Shown piece by piece: positions 18,898 through 29,613 of a stretch of DNA of 35,585 bases. Below the pieces are notes generated by a model. It made no database searches. It saw nothing but the letters and a program-made list of their open reading frames with translations, and was not told the DNA's origin. Source of the stretch: Candidatus Woesearchaeota archaeon (lineage in GTDB: Archaea > Nanobdellota > Nanobdellia > Woesearchaeales > DSVV01); contig JACQSP010000090.1 in the NCBI GenBank assembly GCA_016205905.1, forward strand, positions 1 to 35,585. The letters are read 5' to 3'. How positions within the stretch are numbered: position 1 is the first letter of the stretch; the number at the start of each line of letters is the position of its first letter. The position numbers and the translations under genes are program-made.

Positions 18898-21800
18898 ATG
18901 AAACATAAAAAAGAGCTGATGTTACTGATAGTTTTAACTATTTTTCTCTCTCTTGTTTATTCTTTTTCTTATATTATACCATTAGTTTATGCGCAAGATG
19001 ATTGGTGTTATTTTCCTAATTTAGTAGATAAACCATGCACACAAATATTACCTAACACTGAAATCGCGTCAGAAGCTGACTGCAAAGCACACAGTGGTGA
19101 AATATCTTATGAAAATGAATGCACAACTGGTTGTTGCTGTATTTGGAAACCTGTTGACACAAAGTATGAACAGCAAACAGGAACTACTAAAGGATATTGT
19201 AACAGTCTTCCTAGCTCTGTTTTTAATCCTTCTGTTTCAAGCCCTGCATTATGTACAAATTATTGCAATTCTTTAACTGCTCTTTCAGGCGATGAAGGTA
19301 AATTGCCAGCTTGCATGAATGGCATTGATGATGATAATGATGGTCTTACTGATTATCCTATTGATGAAGGATGCTCTGCTAAAGAAGATGATTCAGAAGA
19401 AGCAACAGCATCAGAAAAAGAATGCAGCGATCAGATAGATAATGATGGCGACGGAAAAATAGATTATTATGGATTTTATGAATCTTCTTATCAAGCACAG
19501 GATAATAAAAATTATGCAATATATCAAAACTTGCTTAAACAAGGCAAAACACCAGATCCATGCTGTACCAAATCCTTCGGCTTGTCTGAGAAATGCAGTT
19601 TTGACGAATGTAAGGTAGGAGAAAACAAAAAAGAAGATGGACTTTGCCAGTGCGGAAAAGAGGTTTGCGGTTTCCCTGAAGTTATTAATCCTTTATCTGA
19701 AATAGGCAATATATATGCAACTGGCAAATATTGTTGCGCAGGTAAATGTAGCATTGTACCATGCGGACCTTGTACTGAAGGAGAAACAACTTACGTGATA
19801 GATAATAGTGGTAAGACTACTTATACATGTGAAAATGGAATATTTAAAAAGGGAATAACTGAACCAATTGGCGCTCCAGAGCAATGTTTTGGCGCTGAGA
19901 TAGACGAAGATAATAATGGTGCTACCAATTGTGAGGATACAAAATGTTATACTTTAAAATGTTCAATGGATAAGGGCGCAACTAAAGATTCAGCAGGCAA
20001 CGTAATTATTCCTGATGGTTGTGGAAAAACCCCTAGTCTAAAAGTTTCCTACTTCGACGAGTCAGACGATTTTTGGAAATGCTGTTTCTCTATGGGTGGT
20101 AAAAGCAGAGTTAATGACTGCAAATATAATGACGGTGTTCCTGATACTTGCGGAGCTTGCGAATGTTTAAATCTCCACAAACCAGCGCAAAACCTTAAAG
20201 TACAGCATGTTTATGGCCAAGCAAAGTTAAACCTAAGCTTTTATTTTGAATGCCAAGAGCCAGAAGTTAAGTTAAAAGTGTTAAGATGCGACGGAACAGC
20301 AGGAAGTTGCGGTGTGAATAACGACGGCACAATTACTTTAGAAACAAGCACAAAGTTTGTTGATGTTTCTGATAATATGGATTGTTTATTAGAACAATTA
20401 GATGCAAATGGAAATCCAACGAAAATCGTTTGTTTCGGCGATAATGGTATCTTACAACCAGGACCAAAACAAAGCTTAGACGTTTCAGCAATATTTGACA
20501 CAAAAATCCTGCCAGAAAAAGATTATACTTATGTACTCGAATCTGTTTATCCTGACAAAGAAATAAGTTTTTCTAATGCTTTCAGCATGAAATCCGGATC
20601 AAAGATGTGCTTAAGCCATTCTGGTCATTTTTGTATAAGAAACAATTTAGATTATTTAGGTTCTGAAACAAAAAAATATTCTTGCGACGAGAATAATAAA
20701 CTTCAAGTTGAAAATTGTCAGGGCAGTTCAGGAGAATGGCCTGAAGAAGTTTGCATGGAAACAAAAGATACTAATGGTGTAATTGCCACAACCTGTGCTC
20801 TTAACACTCCTTGCATTTTTTGCGGTAACCCTTTTAATATGTATGGCAGTTTAAGTTTAAGCAGCAGCACATTATCAGTTCCAGAGGAATATTACGGATA
20901 CAAACCAACAACTAATGAAGAAAATTGCTATCTTAATTCCGTATGTTATTATGATTCAACCAATACAATTAAAGATGCGTATGATTCATGCAAGAATATA
21001 GGAAGTTGCTCTAATTATAAATCCGAAAATGCTTGTGCAAATTCACAAAATCCTACTGTAACCAATGTAAAGAACAAATGCCTGCCTTATAATTGTCAAT
21101 GGGTTGCCTTTGAAACTTTCGAGCCTTATGCAATAGAAGCAGGTATTTGCACAGACGCTACCACAAACTATAAAACCTGCGATATGTGCAACAAATTGAC
21201 GTCTAAATTATTTGGCGGTTGTAATCCTGATACTTGTAAAGATAATTTTAAATCAGAAACAACATTGTGTTATTTTGACCAAGTTAAAACCTCGTGCGTA
21301 GAATCTTCTAAAATAACCTGTTCTAATTATGACACAGAAGAAGATTGTCATGCGAGTTACGGTACTGATGATTATGGTGAAGCACATTCTGTCGAGGTAA
21401 ATGTCACTTATGACACTTCAGGAAAAAGAATCTGGGGTGACAATTCTATTATTGAACCCAGCCATGACCTTCTTGATTTTAAAATATGTAAATGGAAAGA
21501 TGATACAGATGCCTGTATAAGAGACGCTAACGGCGACGGCAAGTATGATGTTGCTGGCGAGAAAGCTATTGATATCACACCACCGCAGACAGAAGTTATT
21601 GCGCCGTCAAATGTTGGTCAGATAGAATTAAAATTTGCCATCAATGATCCTACTTTTGAAGGAAGGCCCAGTTCAGGTGAGTTAAAGACATATTATTGTT
21701 TCCCTGACAATACACCATTGCCTAAAGAAATAATAGACCAATATAAAAATCAAACCAATTTCAAAGATGGCACAACTGAAGAAAACATTAATTATTGTTA

Positions 21801-24800
21801 TCCAGATACTTTATTTGTTCCAGATGCAGGAAGCACATCAAAAATACTTTCCATGGAAAGCGGCCAACAAACAATGTTTTTCTATTCAGAAGATGGGGCG
21901 CATAATCTTGAACCTGTTCAATCATTCACGTTTAACATTGATAACAAACCACCAGTAATAACAATTACTCCTTATCTAACACTTGACCAGTCTTATCCGT
22001 TTGAGCAAAGCAGTGTATTATTATCAGTAGAACTCGACGAGAAAGCAACATGTTACGATATTTTTGAAGATTATGACGGCATTAAAAAAATTAATTATGA
22101 GTCAGGTAACTCTTTCCAGGCAGTTTATGATAATTTGGAAGACGGAACTTATCTGTACACAGTTGTATGCGAAGATAAATTGGGCAACAAGATTAATAAA
22201 ACCGCTTCTGTAAAGATTGATGCTGATCAGGAAATACAAGGTTCTTTGCCTGAAGGAGTAATAGATTATAGTCCTGTAAACTTAGAGATTAAGACGACAC
22301 ATAAAAGTCCAAATGATGATTGCAGAATTGGTACAGGCGATACTTTTGATGTGTTAAGCGGTTTTGCCTCAAAAACACAGGCAGACATATTTACTAAATA
22401 TTCTACACCATTCTCTTTGACAGAGAACAAAGTTTACGAGTTCAAGGTAATGTGCAAATTTTCAGGAAAATTGCATAAAGACGAAATCCAGTTTGTCTAC
22501 GACACAACCCCGCCAAAAACCTCATTGACAGATTCTGCTGGAAACACGTTTGATATTTCTAAATGGTACAATAAACAGGAAGCCTCACAATCAGTTTACT
22601 TAAAATGCAATGACGAGCCAGAATATGGTTTTGGATGCAAAGAGACAAAATATTGCATAGAAACAGGTTCAGCCAAATGTAATATTAATTTTGATGCAAG
22701 TTCCACTCCTGCTGTAGGCACTATATATGAATCATACTCAGCAGTTAAAATCTCGCCCACACCACAGCCGCAATGGCTATGCTATCAATCAAAAGAAGAT
22801 ACATACCCCTCAGATTTAAGTTCATACAGTTCATATGGTGGCAGTATTGAAGAAAAACAGTGTGTTAAACTGTTAATAGATTCTAATTCTGGCCCAACAG
22901 TAGAGGTTCCATTATTAAAACCACACACAGAAATGATTAATGCATACGAATATTTCACACCATTGTTCACAATAAACGGCGAAGTTGTTGACAGCGATGC
23001 AGAAGCAAACCCACCACCTCAAAACAAGCTTACTATAGACGTTTATCCTATCACAGAGGATTATTTAAAATCATTAGCGAAGCAAATTGATTCTCAGCAA
23101 GCAGGGCAAGCCCAAGCACCACCACAGCTAAAAGCAACTCAAACATTTACTCTCAATGCAAACAATCAATTCTCACAAGAATTAACCCTTTCATCTGGCC
23201 TTAACAAGATTGTGCTGAGTGCCACTGACCGTTCAGGAAAAACTTCAGGCATTTATGAATATTATATCATGGTTTCAAATTTTGACGGCAATTTGTTTGA
23301 AGTTATCTCTCCGCCAAAAGGTGTTTCTGAGACAAAAGAGTTTGATTTAATTATAGAAACAACTAAAGACCTTCCAGCAGCAGAAAGCTGCGCCTTATCA
23401 ACAAATCCAAAAGTCGGTTTCACGTCACAGATGCAGAAGATTGAAGGCAAGAAATTCAAGAATCACATTAATTTTCCAGGTATGAAAGAAGAAACATATT
23501 ATACTGTTTATGTCAAGTGTACATTTCCAGGTGGTGTGTTTGACATCAAGGAAATTGATTTAATCTGGGACACAACACCGCCGTCAATAGAAAATAGTTT
23601 TATTCAGCCCAGCGACGGAAAAAGTCCGCCGTCAATTATTGAGCCGCCGCTTGAAACAAACCTTACTATAATAACTAATGACAAATCAAGATGTAAGTTC
23701 TCAGAGAAAGAAAACTCAACTTATTTCACAATGTCGCTTTTCAAAGAGTATGAAACACAAAACTTGAGTTATGTGAACGAGCATCCCTTAACCAATCTTG
23801 AGGACAAGAAAAATTATACCTATTATGTCAAGTGCGACAATGGCCCGACAGAGCCTGCTTCGATGCATATTTCTAATGAGGCAAAAATAACTTTCTCAGT
23901 TGACACGTCGCAGTTCACAGGCTTGGAACTGGTTAAGCCTGCCCAATTTATAGGTTACACATCTGTTAATTTTGAGCTTCATACAACAAAAAAATCAACC
24001 GAATGCACTTTTGGCCCAACACAAGAATTAGTTGGCCAATATTCTATGAAAACAGTTACAGAAGGAGTTGATGCATATAAAGTACATACCGGCGGTCCAT
24101 TAACATTAATCGAAGGAGAGCATGACTTTTATTTCGAGTGCCTTACTGCAGCAGAAGGGCCAATCTCAGAAGATTTTGTATTCACTGTTGATTTATCGCC
24201 GCCAGTTGTTCAGGTAAAAACACAGCCATACACGAGCTCATTAAACACATTGACAGCAAACTGGGAAGCTTATGATAATAATACACAAATTAAAGGATAT
24301 AATTATTCAATAGGCACTAAACAAGGTATTGCAGATATATTTGATTGGGCAGTAACTGACAGTGAAAAGAAAACCATACACAATCTAAATTTAAATAATG
24401 AGACCACATACTGGTGGAATGTTAAAGCAATAAACTCTGTTGGTTTAGTCAGCACAATAGCAAGCAACAGCACTTATGTTGATACAACTTATGATCCTGG
24501 TTTTGAAGTTAATATCACTAACATTAATGTTTGCAAAGATGATGTTCTCGACAGTGATGAGACAGATATAGATTGCGGCGGAAGCTGTCAAAAATGCAGT
24601 AATGGCAAAAACTGCAAATCTGAAACAGATTGTATCGGCGGTAAATGCGAAAGTGGAATATGTATTAGTGCAAGCTGTGAAGACAATATACTTAATCAAT
24701 TAGAAACCGATATAGATTGCGGTGGTTCTTGCGCTTCTTGTCAGGAAGGAATGAATTGTAACATAAACAGCGATTGCAGTACGGGATTTTGTAAATCAGG

Positions 24801-25818
24801 ATTTTGTACATTGCCAAGCTGTGATGATAATGTTCAAAACGGACAGGAGCAGGGCATAGATTGTGGCGGCGCTTGTCCAAATATTTGTGAAATTATACCT
24901 TCATATGATGAAGAGGAAACTTGTGATGATGGAATTAAAAATCAAGATGAAACAGGAATAGATTGTGGTGGATCATGTAAAAAATGTGAAACACCTCCAC
25001 AAAAAACAGAACCAACAGACGAGCCTTCAACATGGTGGATATGGTTAATTGTGCTCCTTATTATCGCAGGTATTGGCGGCGGCGGGTATTATTATTATAA
25101 TAATTATATTTTCAAGGCAAAATATCCTAACTCACAACAAAGAATGCAGTCAAGACCTTTATCACCATTCTCACAACCACAACAGCAATCATCAGTACAA
25201 ACCAGAATGCCACAATCAAAACCATTGGGCATAAGGCAGACATTTAACAGATTCTTTAAACCTTTGCCAAGAGAGTTTAGAGAAAAACGTGCACAGGAAA
25301 AACTTAAACAAAGAAGTAAACTATTTGGCGCATTTGAAAGTGCAGGCGAACAAAAAGAAAAATCAGAAATAAAACAAAACTTAACCAGTGCAAGAACAGA
25401 TATGAAAAAAGAAGAACCCAAAACCCCACAACAACCACCTATACAAAAACAAACACCAATCCAACCTAAAATCCAGCCCAAACTTCAGATTTCAGAAGCA
25501 TTTAAACCTGAAACAGGTGCAGCTAAAGAAGAAATAAAACTTAAACAAACAGAGTTAAAAGAAATAAAAGAGACAAAGCCACAACAAAAACAAGAAACTA
25601 AAAAACAGCCTGCACAAAAAGAACAAGCACCTAAACTAAAGGCAAAAGAAATCCTCAAACCTAAAAAGAAAGCAGTTGAGCAGCTGACTAAACCCTCAAC
25701 CAAAGCCCCTTCAGCTATTGAAAAACTTTCAAAGCTGAAAAAAGAATCAGCTATGTCAAAACTAGGCAAAGGCAAGGATGCATTTAAACAATTATCAAAC
25801 ATTGCAAAGAAGAGGTAA
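18898..25818 (+). CDS. Giant Cys-rich type I membrane surface protein (2306 aa)
   Basis: Signal peptide; CxDxIDxDxDGxxD repeats; D(T/N)TPP-linked Ig/FN3-like domains; four CxDxxxNxxExxIDCGGxC repeats; TM WWIWLIVLLIIAGIGGGGYYYY; long K/Q/P-rich cytoplasmic tail. Confidence 0.92.
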   Translation: MKHKKELMLLIVLTIFLSLVYSFSYIIPLVYAQDDWCYFPNLVDKPCTQILPNTEIASEADCKAHSGEISYENECTTGCCCIWKPVDTKYEQQTGTTKGYCNSLPSSVFNPSVSSPALCTNYCNSLTALSGDEGKLPACMNGIDDDNDGLTDYPIDEGCSAKEDDSEEATASEKECSDQIDNDGDGKIDYYGFYESSYQAQDNKNYAIYQNLLKQGKTPDPCCTKSFGLSEKCSFDECKVGENKKEDGLCQCGKEVCGFPEVINPLSEIGNIYATGKYCCAGKCSIVPCGPCTEGETTYVIDNSGKTTYTCENGIFKKGITEPIGAPEQCFGAEIDEDNNGATNCEDTKCYTLKCSMDKGATKDSAGNVIIPDGCGKTPSLKVSYFDESDDFWKCCFSMGGKSRVNDCKYNDGVPDTCGACECLNLHKPAQNLKVQHVYGQAKLNLSFYFECQEPEVKLKVLRCDGTAGSCGVNNDGTITLETSTKFVDVSDNMDCLLEQLDANGNPTKIVCFGDNGILQPGPKQSLDVSAIFDTKILPEKDYTYVLESVYPDKEISFSNAFSMKSGSKMCLSHSGHFCIRNNLDYLGSETKKYSCDENNKLQVENCQGSSGEWPEEVCMETKDTNGVIATTCALNTPCIFCGNPFNMYGSLSLSSSTLSVPEEYYGYKPTTNEENCYLNSVCYYDSTNTIKDAYDSCKNIGSCSNYKSENACANSQNPTVTNVKNKCLPYNCQWVAFETFEPYAIEAGICTDATTNYKTCDMCNKLTSKLFGGCNPDTCKDNFKSETTLCYFDQVKTSCVESSKITCSNYDTEEDCHASYGTDDYGEAHSVEVNVTYDTSGKRIWGDNSIIEPSHDLLDFKICKWKDDTDACIRDANGDGKYDVAGEKAIDITPPQTEVIAPSNVGQIELKFAINDPTFEGRPSSGELKTYYCFPDNTPLPKEIIDQYKNQTNFKDGTTEENINYCYPDTLFVPDAGSTSKILSMESGQQTMFFYSEDGAHNLEPVQSFTFNIDNKPPVITITPYLTLDQSYPFEQSSVLLSVELDEKATCYDIFEDYDGIKKINYESGNSFQAVYDNLEDGTYLYTVVCEDKLGNKINKTASVKIDADQEIQGSLPEGVIDYSPVNLEIKTTHKSPNDDCRIGTGDTFDVLSGFASKTQADIFTKYSTPFSLTENKVYEFKVMCKFSGKLHKDEIQFVYDTTPPKTSLTDSAGNTFDISKWYNKQEASQSVYLKCNDEPEYGFGCKETKYCIETGSAKCNINFDASSTPAVGTIYESYSAVKISPTPQPQWLCYQSKEDTYPSDLSSYSSYGGSIEEKQCVKLLIDSNSGPTVEVPLLKPHTEMINAYEYFTPLFTINGEVVDSDAEANPPPQNKLTIDVYPITEDYLKSLAKQIDSQQAGQAQAPPQLKATQTFTLNANNQFSQELTLSSGLNKIVLSATDRSGKTSGIYEYYIMVSNFDGNLFEVISPPKGVSETKEFDLIIETTKDLPAAESCALSTNPKVGFTSQMQKIEGKKFKNHINFPGMKEETYYTVYVKCTFPGGVFDIKEIDLIWDTTPPSIENSFIQPSDGKSPPSIIEPPLETNLTIITNDKSRCKFSEKENSTYFTMSLFKEYETQNLSYVNEHPLTNLEDKKNYTYYVKCDNGPTEPASMHISNEAKITFSVDTSQFTGLELVKPAQFIGYTSVNFELHTTKKSTECTFGPTQELVGQYSMKTVTEGVDAYKVHTGGPLTLIEGEHDFYFECLTAAEGPISEDFVFTVDLSPPVVQVKTQPYTSSLNTLTANWEAYDNNTQIKGYNYSIGTKQGIADIFDWAVTDSEKKTIHNLNLNNETTYWWNVKAINSVGLVSTIASNSTYVDTTYDPGFEVNITNINVCKDDVLDSDETDIDCGGSCQKCSNGKNCKSETDCIGGKCESGICISASCEDNILNQLETDIDCGGSCASCQEGMNCNINSDCSTGFCKSGFCTLPSCDDNVQNGQEQGIDCGGACPNICEIIPSYDEEETCDDGIKNQDETGIDCGGSCKKCETPPQKTEPTDEPSTWWIWLIVLLIIAGIGGGGYYYYNNYIFKAKYPNSQQRMQSRPLSPFSQPQQQSSVQTRMPQSKPLGIRQTFNRFFKPLPREFREKRAQEKLKQRSKLFGAFESAGEQKEKSEIKQNLTSARTDMKKEEPKTPQQPPIQKQTPIQPKIQPKLQISEAFKPETGAAKEEIKLKQTELKEIKETKPQQKQETKKQPAQKEQAPKLKAKEILKPKKKAVEQLTKPSTKAPSAIEKLSKLKKESAMSKLGKGKDAFKQLSNIAKKR

Positions 25819-25825
25819 ATTACAC

Positions 25826-25920
25826 ATATACTAAAAGTGTAAAATAATCGAACATTATTTTGCACTTTTGTATATACAAACGTGATTAATTTGTACGAAA
25901 ATTAATCACGTTTAGTATAT
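25826..25920. repeat. Family D double-hairpin element
   Basis: Two adjacent long inverted repeats sharing GTATATAC; outer ends ATATACTAAA / TTTAGTATAT. Confidence 0.85.
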
Positions 25921-25955
25921 AATAAGCAAAAAAAGATACAATCAAAGGTGAAGTT

Positions 25956-26486
25956 ATGAAACTATTTACTAATTTATTAACATCAAAAACAAGCCACATT
26001 AACTCAAAGAAGTCGCAGGTTGAACAAATGTTTTTTTACATTTTGGCCTTGTTTGTTATAGGCACAATGCTGTTATTAGGCATTAAATATATCGGCAAGA
26101 TTGTCAAGCAGGTTGAATCAGTTGACCTTGTTGAGTTCAAAACAAGTTTACAAAATGATGTGGATGTTTTAGTCACAAAATATGGCAGCTGGAAAAAAGC
26201 AACATATACTGTGCCTAAAGAAGTCAAGAAGGTATGTTTTTTTACAATAGATGCTTATAAAAATGGTTGTCCTTCGCTTCCAGACCTTGACGCTGTAATG
26301 TGCGATGCATGGCAGTCTGGCACACAAAACGTAATGACTGTTCCGTTTGTTTTGGAATCACCAATTAATCTCACTAAAATGGTTGTTGATGAAACTAATG
26401 GCTACAAATGTTTCGAGGTTACAGACAGGAAAATCACTTTAAAAATTACAGGTATAGGTAATGGCGTGAAGATTTCAGAGGCGTGA
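25956..26486 (+). CDS. Pilin-like protein (class III signal peptide)
   Basis: KKSQ-VEQMFFYILALFVIG; SD AGGTGA. Confidence 0.8.
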   Translation: MKLFTNLLTSKTSHINSKKSQVEQMFFYILALFVIGTMLLLGIKYIGKIVKQVESVDLVEFKTSLQNDVDVLVTKYGSWKKATYTVPKEVKKVCFFTIDAYKNGCPSLPDLDAVMCDAWQSGTQNVMTVPFVLESPINLTKMVVDETNGYKCFEVTDRKITLKITGIGNGVKISEA

Positions 26487-26611
26487 TTAAAAAGGTAAGA
26501 AAGTAAAGATTAAACAGTTAAAAGTAAGAGTAGGGGGTAAGGGGGAACAACTACGATGTTATCATCGTACCTCTTACCTTATACCTCTTACTTTTTACTT
26601 CTTACCTTTAA
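26487..26611 (+). repeat. Family B palindromic repeat, copy 4
   Basis: Core GGAACAACTACGATGTTATCATCGTACC with GTAAGA/TCTTAC heptamer arms. Confidence 0.9.
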
Positions 26612-26651
26612 TTCCATCCAATTATTCAACTAACTTACAGTTTCAAATACC

Positions 26652-27749
26652 ATGAACAAAAAAGGTGTGATTGAAATACAGTTCAACTGGATATTTATCT
26701 TTGTTGTAGGTACAGTTATCCTGCTATTCTTTGTTTTTATTGGCAAGTCTTATTTAGAGAACTCTAATCTTAAATTAGCTGGCAAGGTTTTGTATGATCT
26801 AGATTCAATTATGAAAGGTGCAACCTCGTCAACAAAGTCAGCTTCAAAATTAGAAATACCTAATCTTAAACTCAGGTTTACATGTTTTCCAGACTGCACT
26901 GAAGAAGGATGCAGCTCAGATTTTTCTATGGGTGATACTGGCGTTAACAAGCCGACACCCTACCAAGTTATATTCGCTCAAGAGGAGATTAACAGCGACT
27001 TTTTGATAACATGGACACTTGACTGGGGCGTTCCTTTCAAAGTTGCAAATTTTCTTTACTTGACATCACCAAATATAAGATATATTCTCGTCTACAAAAA
27101 TTCAATGGCAGAATCAAAAACTTTTGCAGAAAAAATATTTGCATTAATGTCAGACAATGAATTTCTGAACTCAGAATTGATAGAAGAAGAGCAATTACCT
27201 TCAATCGAAGACCAAGGCCATGACAAGATTAGGTTTGTCTTTTTTTATCAATTTGATGATATCTCTGATAAGACTAATGGAAAAAGTCTATCAGATACAA
27301 CATTTGATGTTCTGGTTCTAACTCCTAGCTTTGAAGGGACAGCCATCTTCTTGTCAGATAAACAAGTTATGAAAGAATTTAGCTATGACGAGCAGAAGAA
27401 GATTGGATATTTTGGTAAAGAAGCATTGGTTGGAGCAATATTTTCAGAAGATGAGAATTTCTTTGAGTGCAATATGCGAAAATCATTCAATCATCTAAAC
27501 CGAATTTATGATGTTTACAGATATAGAGCACTTTATCTTGCAAAATATATCGCTGACAATGATCAATTCTCACACTGCTCCCAAGTTTACAATGAATTTG
27601 CATCACTTCCAGACGAGACAATAGAATATCCTCAAGAACTTACAGAAGATGCTTATAAGACACCATTTTATTCAATCACAAAGATATTTCAGATAGCTGA
27701 AGATACAAATAATAAGGCAATAATTAACTCGTGCCCGAGACTGTATTGA
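26652..27749 (+). CDS. Pilin-like protein (class III signal peptide), 365 aa
   Basis: MNKKG-VIEIQFNWIFIFVVGTVILLFF. Confidence 0.8.
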   Translation: MNKKGVIEIQFNWIFIFVVGTVILLFFVFIGKSYLENSNLKLAGKVLYDLDSIMKGATSSTKSASKLEIPNLKLRFTCFPDCTEEGCSSDFSMGDTGVNKPTPYQVIFAQEEINSDFLITWTLDWGVPFKVANFLYLTSPNIRYILVYKNSMAESKTFAEKIFALMSDNEFLNSELIEEEQLPSIEDQGHDKIRFVFFYQFDDISDKTNGKSLSDTTFDVLVLTPSFEGTAIFLSDKQVMKEFSYDEQKKIGYFGKEALVGAIFSEDENFFECNMRKSFNHLNRIYDVYRYRALYLAKYIADNDQFSHCSQVYNEFASLPDETIEYPQELTEDAYKTPFYSITKIFQIAEDTNNKAIINSCPRLY

Positions 27750-27751
27750 TT

Positions 27752-27956
27752 ATATTTGTTTAGCATTAATGTTTTTTTACTTTACACAATTTTACTACAT
27801 ACATTATATTATTGCTCACAGCACGTTTGTGGGACGCAGTCCCCGTCTCATGAAAAATCTTAAATTTTTTTTAAATGGCTGTATAAAAAACCCCCTATTA
27901 CCAACTAATAAAGCAAATAAAAACTTAAAAGCATCAAATAATAACTAAACAAATAC
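27752..27956. mobile_element. MITE-like element family A (205 bp), no periodic palindrome cargo
   Basis: ATATTTGTTTAG / CTAAACAAATAC; flanks TATTGATT / TATTAATT (7/8); GGGACGCAGTCCC 27831-27843 followed by CGTCTCATGAA. Confidence 0.85.
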
Positions 27957-28044
27957 TATTAATTGAATTATGTCAACCATATAATTTAAATGAATAGTTA
28001 TGCACACAATTTAAGATAATACTTGCATTATTTAAACTAAAAAA

Positions 28045-28584
28045 ATGAAACCTACCACATATATCAAACACACCAAACAAAAACATGCGCAATTAAAAAT
28101 CGGCGAGTCTATCTTAGTTCTAATTATCTTTTTTATTCTGCTGACAATGGGTTTGGTATTTTATGCAAAGGTCCAGACACATTTAACCAAAGAAGATAAT
28201 GATGAATTTAATGCAAAACGTTCCATAGACATGGCTTTGGCTGTCAAATTTCTTCCTGAATTGCAGTGCACTGTGCAGGCAACAGAAGAGTTTGATTGTA
28301 TAGATATTGCTAAACTTTATATTTTTGGTGAAGTCTTAAAAAACAAGCCAGTTTATCAGAGATATTATGCGCAACTGTTTCCTAATGCAAAAATCATTAT
28401 AAAACAGGCATTTGCATCAGAGGGACCAATGATGCCGAAAGATGGCATTTTGTTGTTTGATAACAAATATGTAGAAGAGAAGCAAGCAGGCTCATTAAAT
28501 ATATTATTTTTTCCAGTCACACTTTACGATCCTTTAACAGATTCAAATAGTTTTGGATTTATTGAATTAGAGGTATATGGATAA
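28045..28584 (+). CDS. Pilin-like protein (class III signal peptide)
   Basis: KQKHAQ-LKIGESILVLIIFFILL. Confidence 0.8.
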   Translation: MKPTTYIKHTKQKHAQLKIGESILVLIIFFILLTMGLVFYAKVQTHLTKEDNDEFNAKRSIDMALAVKFLPELQCTVQATEEFDCIDIAKLYIFGEVLKNKPVYQRYYAQLFPNAKIIIKQAFASEGPMMPKDGILLFDNKYVEEKQAGSLNILFFPVTLYDPLTDSNSFGFIELEVYG

Positions 28585-28640
28585 CCTTTTTTATACTTTT
28601 AGTATATAATCAATCAAATAATTAATAAAAATATGTAAAA

Positions 28641-29216
28641 ATGAAACATAAAAGAATCAATAAAGCGCAGACAGAAATCATGGGATTAATGATTATAGTA
28701 GTTATAGTAACATTAATAGTGTTATTCGTTGTTTCTGTTGTTTATTTCAAGCCAAAAGAAGATCCATTGCAAAGTTTCATTCAGAAAGATTTGTCGACGA
28801 GCATAATCAGTGCAATGCTGAAGACAGGATCTGGATGCACTAAAGACACGACAATGGAAGATTTGTTTATTGATATGGTTAAAGCAGGAGGAGGAAGCAC
28901 AATTATTTGCAAAAATAGTGAGAAACTGTCCATTATATACAAAGACAATCCAGATTGTCAGAATATAGTTAATGGAAGAAATGCTCTTGATTGCGGTGTT
29001 TCACAAATACTTAAACCATTAGAAGAAAGAGGTCAGCCATTTCATTTTGTTGTCAAAGTGCAGAACAATGCGCCGTATATCAACAAATCATACCTATCAG
29101 AAGAGTTTGCAAGAGCAAAGAGTATGGAAGTAACACCTTATACACTTCCAATCTATCCAACTGACCAAGTATTAGAAATATGGTTATGTATGGGTGGCGA
29201 ATGTCCGGAGATATAA
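28641..29216 (+). CDS. Pilin-like protein (class III signal peptide)
   Basis: RINKAQ-TEIMGLMIIVVIV. Confidence 0.8.
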   Translation: MKHKRINKAQTEIMGLMIIVVIVTLIVLFVVSVVYFKPKEDPLQSFIQKDLSTSIISAMLKTGSGCTKDTTMEDLFIDMVKAGGGSTIICKNSEKLSIIYKDNPDCQNIVNGRNALDCGVSQILKPLEERGQPFHFVVKVQNNAPYINKSYLSEEFARAKSMEVTPYTLPIYPTDQVLEIWLCMGGECPEI

Positions 29217-29323
29217 GCTAAATCATAAGATTATTGTTAAATATACATAATCTTTATATATTAGACTTAACAAATAATTATAAAAGATATAATAATAAAA
29301 ACAAACCAAACGAGGTGGAGCAA

Positions 29324-29599
29324 ATGTTTAAAAAAGGTGATTTGTCGCTTAATATGATTATTGTTGCAATTATTGCATTGCTTGTTTTAGTTATTATCGC
29401 TGCAATATTTACAGGAAGATTAGCTTTGTTTAATATAGGAATTTCTGATTGCCTGAAAGTAAAAGGCGCGCAATGCATGTTTGAATGCGGTGATGGATAT
29501 GTACAGGACAAGACAAGCAAATGTTTGACTGAAGAGAAAAAGGTTGACCCTAACCAAGTCTGCTGCATACCGCAGGACTTTACTGAAATTCAGGAGTAA
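29324..29599 (+). CDS. Small pilin-like protein with Cys-rich C-terminus (91 aa)
   Basis: SD GAGGTGG 29312-29318, ATG 29324; MFKKG-DLSLNMIIVAIIALLVLVII; six Cys ending in CC. Confidence 0.85.
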   Translation: MFKKGDLSLNMIIVAIIALLVLVIIAAIFTGRLALFNIGISDCLKVKGAQCMFECGDGYVQDKTSKCLTEEKKVDPNQVCCIPQDFTEIQE

Positions 29600-29613
29600 T
29601 TTATTATTTTTAA

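Noticed and set aside
1185..26611. Integron attC cassette array
   Set aside because: Palindromes flank core genes (mcm, tbp), occur in both orientations and lack consistent RYYYAAC/GTTRRRY ends; no integrase
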